Made by a program: the position numbers and the translations under genes
Notes under the pieces: model-generated
What the model saw: the letters and a program-made list of their open reading frames with translations, nothing else
The model's database searches: none
Told to the model about the DNA's origin: nothing
Shown: positions 58,343 through 64,000 of the stretch, piece after piece
Numbering within the stretch: position 1 is the stretch's first letter
Layout of the letters: every line of letters starts with the position of its first letter
Assembly: GCA_030390025.1 (NCBI GenBank)
Contig: CM059432.1
Span: 4,154,001 to 4,218,000, forward strand
From: Squalus acanthias
Taxonomy: Eukaryota
Direction: 5' to 3'
Length of the DNA stretch: 64,000 bases

Positions 58343-60054
58343 GGCCAGGATTTTGCTGACCTCAGCGAGTCCGTGGCGGGCAATGTCGGTGGCGGGTCAC
58401 GACCCCGCTGTCGGCTCCACCCCCGTCTCTGAAATGACTTTCCCTTGATTGGGCTTGTTAAGCCCCGCCCAGCGTGTTTCCCGGCCAATTAGAGGAAGCG
58501 GGTCTGATGAAGTCATTTGTTCCTTAAAGGGACCATGGACAACTTTCCTTTGACATTTGTGCTGTCAGTGTTCTACAGCATTCAGGTGCTGCAAACACTG
58601 ACAATGACTGCACAGAGGTTCAGGGCTGCACCCAGGCTCTCCCATGACTCACTCCATATGCTTATGGAGGGAGTCACAGCACGCAGGGAGGTCCGCTTCC
58701 CTTCCCATGGGCGGAAGAGACCTCCCCAGGAGATCAACACGGCCTGGTTGCACATTGCAGAGGAGGGCACCAGCAGGGATATAGTCAGGAGGACCTGGGT
58801 TCAGTGCCGCAAACATTTCAATGATCTCAGTTGATCACGAAACGTTAGTACAAAGCCACACTCAACCTCATCCCGCTGTGCCTCTCATCACATCCCCATC
58901 ACTCTGCCTTCCCTACCCTACCCTACCATCTTACCTTGCACCTCCACCCATCCCTCTCTCTCTATCTATATTATCACATCCCCATCTCACTAGCCACCCC
59001 TCACACTCACCCTCATCCTAGTGCAATTATACCAACTAACAACACACAAGGGTAGCCACTTGGGTGTTTTAGCCAATGTTCATGTCAAGTTTCTGTTAAT
59101 GTGGTGTCAAACATTGAAACCTTTATTTTCAACACTTGCGTTCTTGGTCAGATTTGTGTGCACCTTTCGAAGTGGCTTGGTGAGTTGTAGTGAATGGTGA
59201 GACATAATGGTACCCCCCGCAATGGTGATGAGTGTGAAAGGAATGGTTTGGGCATTGTAGGGATGCTTTATGGTGTTGGTGTGGGGTGGTGCCAACCTGG
59301 CGCATCATGTAGCAGCCCGGGTGTACAGTGCCAAGTGAAGTAAATCTGGCCATGGTGATTCCATCCCTGGCCTCCCGGGCAGCAATGTGGTCGGGTGCTG
59401 ATGCCCTGTGTCCTGTGCAGCACCAGGTTGTTGTTGTTGGTGCTGTTGGTGCTGCTGGTGTTGGGGCTGATCATGGTGGGAATCTGAGGACCAAGGTGAA
59501 AGAGTGTAAAGGGCACCCATGCTGATGGAATAGATGGCAGGTGAAGTAGAGATGACAGAAACGACCTGTCAATGGTGAGAGAGGTAATGAGGTCAGACTG
59601 GATGGAGACTTGTGTAAAGACTTGCAGCATGGTGAATCTGTTGTGGAAATGCAGTGAGGAAGAGCTTGTGGCTGAGGGAAGATATCTCTGTAAGGTGGGA
59701 GCTTTTACTGGACATTTGAAGCAGTCAACTCAACAGCTGATTCAATGGCCACTGCACTCCCACCTCAGCTTGACAGACGTGGTCCATGACCAGCGTAGAC
59801 CCTGTGGGCGAGCTGTCAAATGCAGAAGGTGAGCTGAAATTCATTCTTAAGTAGCTCTAATCAAGCCACTAATGACGTGAATTGGGTCCCCCGCCGCTGC
59901 CTGTTGGGTCTGCTCAGCGCTGACAGACCCGACATCGGGGAAAGGCACGTGGCGGCGGGTTCACAGCGGGGTCCCGACCCGCTGGGGAAAGAAACACTTT
60001 CCCACCCGACCCGCCACCGATCGTGCCCGCTGACCCCCCTGGAAAATCTCGGCC
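58343..60054 (+). mobile_element. Harbinger family C non-autonomous element (1,712 bp)
   Basis: TIRs GGCCAGGATTTT and revcomp GGCCGAGATTTT; TCA TSD; Myb exon-1 remnant MTAQRFRAAPRLS...RRTWVQCRKHFNDL. Confidence 0.9.
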
Positions 60055-60480
60055 TCAGTGTTATTATGTAGAAGCTGTGTGTTGTGACACTCTGTGTTAT
60101 TATATAGATGCTGTGTGAGAGCATTGGTTTAATGTCTCATCCGAAAGACGGCTCCTCCGACAGTGCAGCACTCCCTCAGTACTGGCACTGGGAGCGTCAG
60201 CCTGGATTTTGTGCTCAGGCCTCTGGAGTGGGACTCGAACCCACGATCTTCTGACTCAGTGAGGTGAGTGCTACCATTGAACCACAGCTGACACAGTTTG
60301 CGTTCTGTGATAATTAATTGTGCTAAACAAAAAAAATCCACCATTATAGTTCATTATTCATTAAAAAAAAGTAAACCATTTAAACTTTCAAAATTATCAC
60401 TGGTAAATTCCTTAATATGATGGGAACAGGAGCGTACACCAAAATAGTGACAGCGTACAAGAACAGGTTGGCTGTGCATG

Positions 60481-60715
60481 TTATCCTTGGTGTCCTGGCC
60501 AATATTTATCCCTTAATTAACATCACTAAAAAACAGATTATCTGGTCATTATCACATTGCTGTTTGTGGGAGCTTGCTGTGCACAAATTGGCTGCCGCGT
60601 TTCCTACATTACAACAGTGACTACACTTCAAAAAGTACTTCATTGGCTGTAAAGCGCTTTGAGACGTCCTAAGGTTGTGAAAGGCACTATAGAAATGCAA
60701 GTCTTTCTTTCTTTC
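60481..60715 (+). mobile_element. Deu-SINE 3' half
   Basis: Matches SINE core and tail. Confidence 0.8.
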
Positions 60716-61007
60716 TTGTTCTTAGCTACATGGGATTCAAGTTTCGTGATCTCTTTAGTATGCAGATACTCTGTTTCATGGTCTCAAAAGGCTGAGATTA
60801 AAACCTGATATATATTGATATGATCTTTCGTTCTTCTTTTCTCTACCTGAAGCCAAGGCCAGCTGTCAAACCTCTGATGAGCAGCTCATCAGCCTGAGTC
60901 AGTATATGCGAGCACTCGCACAAGGGCAGCCAGTTATGGAATGTGTTTGTGGGGCCAGTGGGAGACTGATTGCTCCTTCCAGCCTTCCGAAAATCTAAAT
61001 CATATGT

Positions 61008-61516
61008 GGTTAGACCGCACTTGGAGTACTGTGCACGGTTCTGGTCCCCATATTACAAAAACGATATAGAGGCACTGGAGAAGGTGCAAGAAAAGATTAA
61101 CAAGGATGATACCAGAACTGAGAGGTTATAACTATTCGGAAAGATTGAACAGGCTGGGGCTCTTTTCTCGAGAAAAGAGAAGGCTGAGGGCTGACCTGAT
61201 AGCAGTCTTGAAAATGATGAAGGGGTTCGATAGGGTAGATGTAAAGAAGATGTTTTCACTTGTGGGGGAGACCAAAACTAGGGGCCATAAATATAAGATA
61301 GTCAGTAATAAATCCAATAAGGAATTCAGGAGAAATTTCTTTACCCAGAGAGTGGTGAGAATGTGGAACTCGCTACCACAGGGAGTGGTTGAGGCGAATA
61401 GCACAGATGCATTTCAGAGGAAATAAGTACGAGGGACTAATTAGAGAGTTCTTTCAAAGAGCCAGCACAGGCACGATGGGCCAAATGGCCTCATTCTGTG
61501 CTGTATCATTCTATGA
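61008..61516 (+). mobile_element. CR1 3' end
   Basis: VRPHLEYC..FW; FFTQRVVRMWNSLPQ. Confidence 0.85.
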
Positions 61517-61636
61517 TATAAAAAACAATTTTACGAGGCTCCACTGGAGGTGTGGGACCTTGCCAGTTGAGGTCATTGGTCGCAGACTTTGAACCATAAG
61601 CAATATCATTTGGCAACACTTCTGTTAAGAATCTCA

Positions 61637-62410
61637 GGGCTGGAAATTCGGTAGCGCCCAGGAAGGGGCGCTAACTTTTGAGAAGTTGGAAGTTTAGAGC
61701 CAGGCGCTAATCAATCTCGCTGCCCGCTAAATTCAGTCTCAGCACTCAAAGGATGCAGGGGAGCACTAAATCAGGCGCTAATGGCATAAATGAGTGGCGT
61801 TAGGCTCCAAGCGATAACGAATATGAGGTGTTATGCAATTGGGAGTGAGCATTGGCGCAGGCGCCTTCCAGCCATTAAAGGGGAGGGTCACTGGAGTCTG
61901 CACACCAGCCCCTCAGTGATTCGGGGAGTGCAGAACGCCGATACACTGTGGGATGAAATGCAAAGTCCTTGGACGGCCCACAACACTCCGGGGACTAAGC
62001 AGCCTTTATTTGGCTGCAGATACATCCTGCGCTCTCTGACACTCATAACTCACCTTTGGAACGGAAGTTCCTTGACAGCTGGGGCGCATCCCTTTAAGTA
62101 GCACCGCGCCAGCCGCCAACCGGCTGGTTCACACCTCCGCTCCCTGGCGCTGTCGGCACGAGGCGGTAAGGCGGGGGGCGCTACTGAAGTTTGCAGATCG
62201 GGCACCCAGCGAGCGTTGCACACTCACTGACGTCATGATCTGCATGGCGAAAGGTGTCGAGGTGCTAACTGTTATCGCCGGCGCTACGGGGCCGGCGAAT
62301 TTGCTGTGCAGCATGGGATTCGCCTCGCCGCGGCGCTACTGCCTGAGCGCCCCGATATTGTCCCCCGCCAGGCGCTAACTGGGGGCGCTCATGTGTCGAA
62401 TTCCTCCCCC
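61637..62410. mobile_element. Harbinger MITE, family A-like (774 bp)
   Basis: Ends GGGCTGGAAATTCG ... CGAATTCCTCCCCC; TCA TSD; ggcgcta/tagcgcc subterminal motifs; CRE at 62228. Confidence 0.82.
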
Positions 62411-62599
62411 TCAGATCCTGTAATACATGCAAGCACATCGCAGTCTCACAACCTCCGTCTTTGCTCCCTGCTGCCTTCCATTCCAAGAATCCCGACTGCT
62501 TGTGACTGCAGGATCTGGAGGCATTAGCAGACAGATAACACCTACAGGAGAAGACAGCACCCATATTATGCTGGGGCACCTTCTCCATCACAAATTCCG

Positions 62600-63150
62600 A
62601 GCCCCATGAAGGCGCAATTCCCAATTTATGCCATCCCCCTAACTCAGGAAATTCGGGACTTAAGTGTTCACTAATTTCCTTCCGTACTAAGAACTCAAAA
62701 GGTTTCCCCTCAATTCAGAGAAGACTAACTGCCCTATAAGTTCCTGGTTGATTAATTTCCTTTTTTTCAATAGCAGACCTTGCCCTCCTTTCAGCATCAT
62801 TTTGCTTTTCAATAATTTTTAGAAAATTGTGGTTAGTGTCCACAATTAATTTTCCCCAAACCTACTCAATAATCAGGAACACAAACCATCTGTGCCTGGT
62901 GACATTTCTACTCTTCGACTCATTAAATGTTTTAATGCAGTTTTCTTTTGGGTATTATCTACACTCGTGGCTATTCTACACAATCCTCAAGTGCTTTTAC
63001 AATCCTACTTTCATCATCATTTTAAAAGCTGAGGTGAAATACTTATTAAGCAGCTTCCACCATCCTTTTCTCTCGACTACAAGATGGCTGCCTTTGTCTT
63101 TAAGTAGTCTCATCCATTCTTTGACTATTCTTTCACCATATGTGCTTATT
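62600..63150 (-). mobile_element. Very old CR1 RT remnant
   Basis: Minus-strand LNKYFTSAF and a degenerate QxxxxKGGQ (QHGFxKGRS-like) remnant. Confidence 0.45.
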
Positions 63151-63160
63151 AAAGTCCTTG

Positions 63161-63600
63161 GGGGGTGAAATTCGGTTGCTTTGTGCCTCCCGTTAGCGCC
63201 CCTCGGGGGCGCAAAGCTCCTAGCGCCCAGGCGCGGAGCCGCTGACGCGTCCCGTGAATTTCAGTGGGAGGTTAGTGGCGGCGGTAGCCAGTAGCGCCCT
63301 GCCGCGCTGCGCCGCTGGCGATGACGTCATCGCCGTGCGCAGCGCCCCGCTCGCGCCCCGGCCGCAAACTTGGCTCGCGCCCCCTGACCTATCACCGGAC
63401 GCTATGTTCGACAGGGTCAGGGTGGCGTTTTTGCAGCCGTGGCGGCACTAGTTAAAGGGCAGGTGTCGGGCGGCCATATTTTTGGGGGCCGACCGCCAGC
63501 ACCTGCCCCCTTCCCCTATTTTCTTCGGGGAGTGATCGCTCTGCCCGGCGCTCCTCTTGAAGTTAGCGGCCCAAAGGGGGCACCATCAAATTTCTCCCCC
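63161..63600. mobile_element. Harbinger MITE, family A-like (440 bp)
   Basis: Ends GGGGGTGAAATT ... AATTTCTCCCCC, flanks ttg/atg; left arm matches 43101-43300 and the reverse complement of 54740-54920. Confidence 0.82.
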
Positions 63601-63681
63601 ATGATATTTCCTTTTGTGTTGACTGTCCCATTCTCCCTTTTTTAATCTCTTTTTTTGTTTTCCTGTTATATTTATTATATT

Positions 63682-64000
63682 AAATAAAAACAGAAAATGC
63701 TGGAAATACTCAGCAGGTGGGGCAGCATCTGTAGAGAGAGAAACAGAGAGAGACGTTTCAGGTCGATGACCCTTCGTCAGACCTGGGAAAGGTTAGAGAA
63801 GTAACAGGTTGTCGGCAACTACAGTGGGCAGGGAAAGGGGAGAGGGGAGGAAAGAACAAAAGGGAAGGTCTGTGATAGGGTGGAAGGCGGGAGAGATTAA
63901 ATGACAAAAGGGATGATGGTGCGAGGCAAAAGGAGATGGTAATGGGACAAGTACAGAAACGAAAGATGGGTCTAGAGGAGGTGTCAGTGGGAATGGCAGA
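63682..64000 (-). mobile_element. Penelope-like 3' terminal repeat (degenerate hammerhead)
   Basis: Reverse homolog of 40915-41203. Confidence 0.8.

Noticed and set aside
58301..60120. ~36-bp repeats as a CRISPR array
   Set aside because: Units are head-to-tail and diverged with no spacers, no cas genes, and the context is eukaryotic; it is a minisatellite.

Overview
Eukaryotic, repeat-saturated intergenic or intronic DNA. The repeat repertoire (CR1 LINEs, Deu-domain tRNA-SINEs, Penelope, Harbinger) suggests a cartilaginous fish (inference). No host protein-coding gene is supported; most supplied ORFs are LINE fragments or their antisense shadows. Main contents: (1) a structurally complete 4,234-bp PIF/Harbinger transposon (50687-54920) with TIRs, an ATA TSD, an uninterrupted DDE transposase and a convergent 3-exon Myb/SANT gene with one premature stop; (2) at least ten non-autonomous or decayed Harbinger copies from about three families, sharing a CRE-like motif ~160-185 bp inside a TIR; (3) Penelope-like remnants carrying minimal hammerhead-ribozyme motifs, three of them hit by Harbinger insertions at or beside the cleavage triplet; (4) a near-full-length CR1 inside a nest that also shows a ~0.7-kb inversion; (5) many CR1/L2/RTE fragments and SINEs, plus a few repeat-free islands that look like enhancer candidates. 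Everything was read by eye, so boundaries of decayed repeats are approximate.
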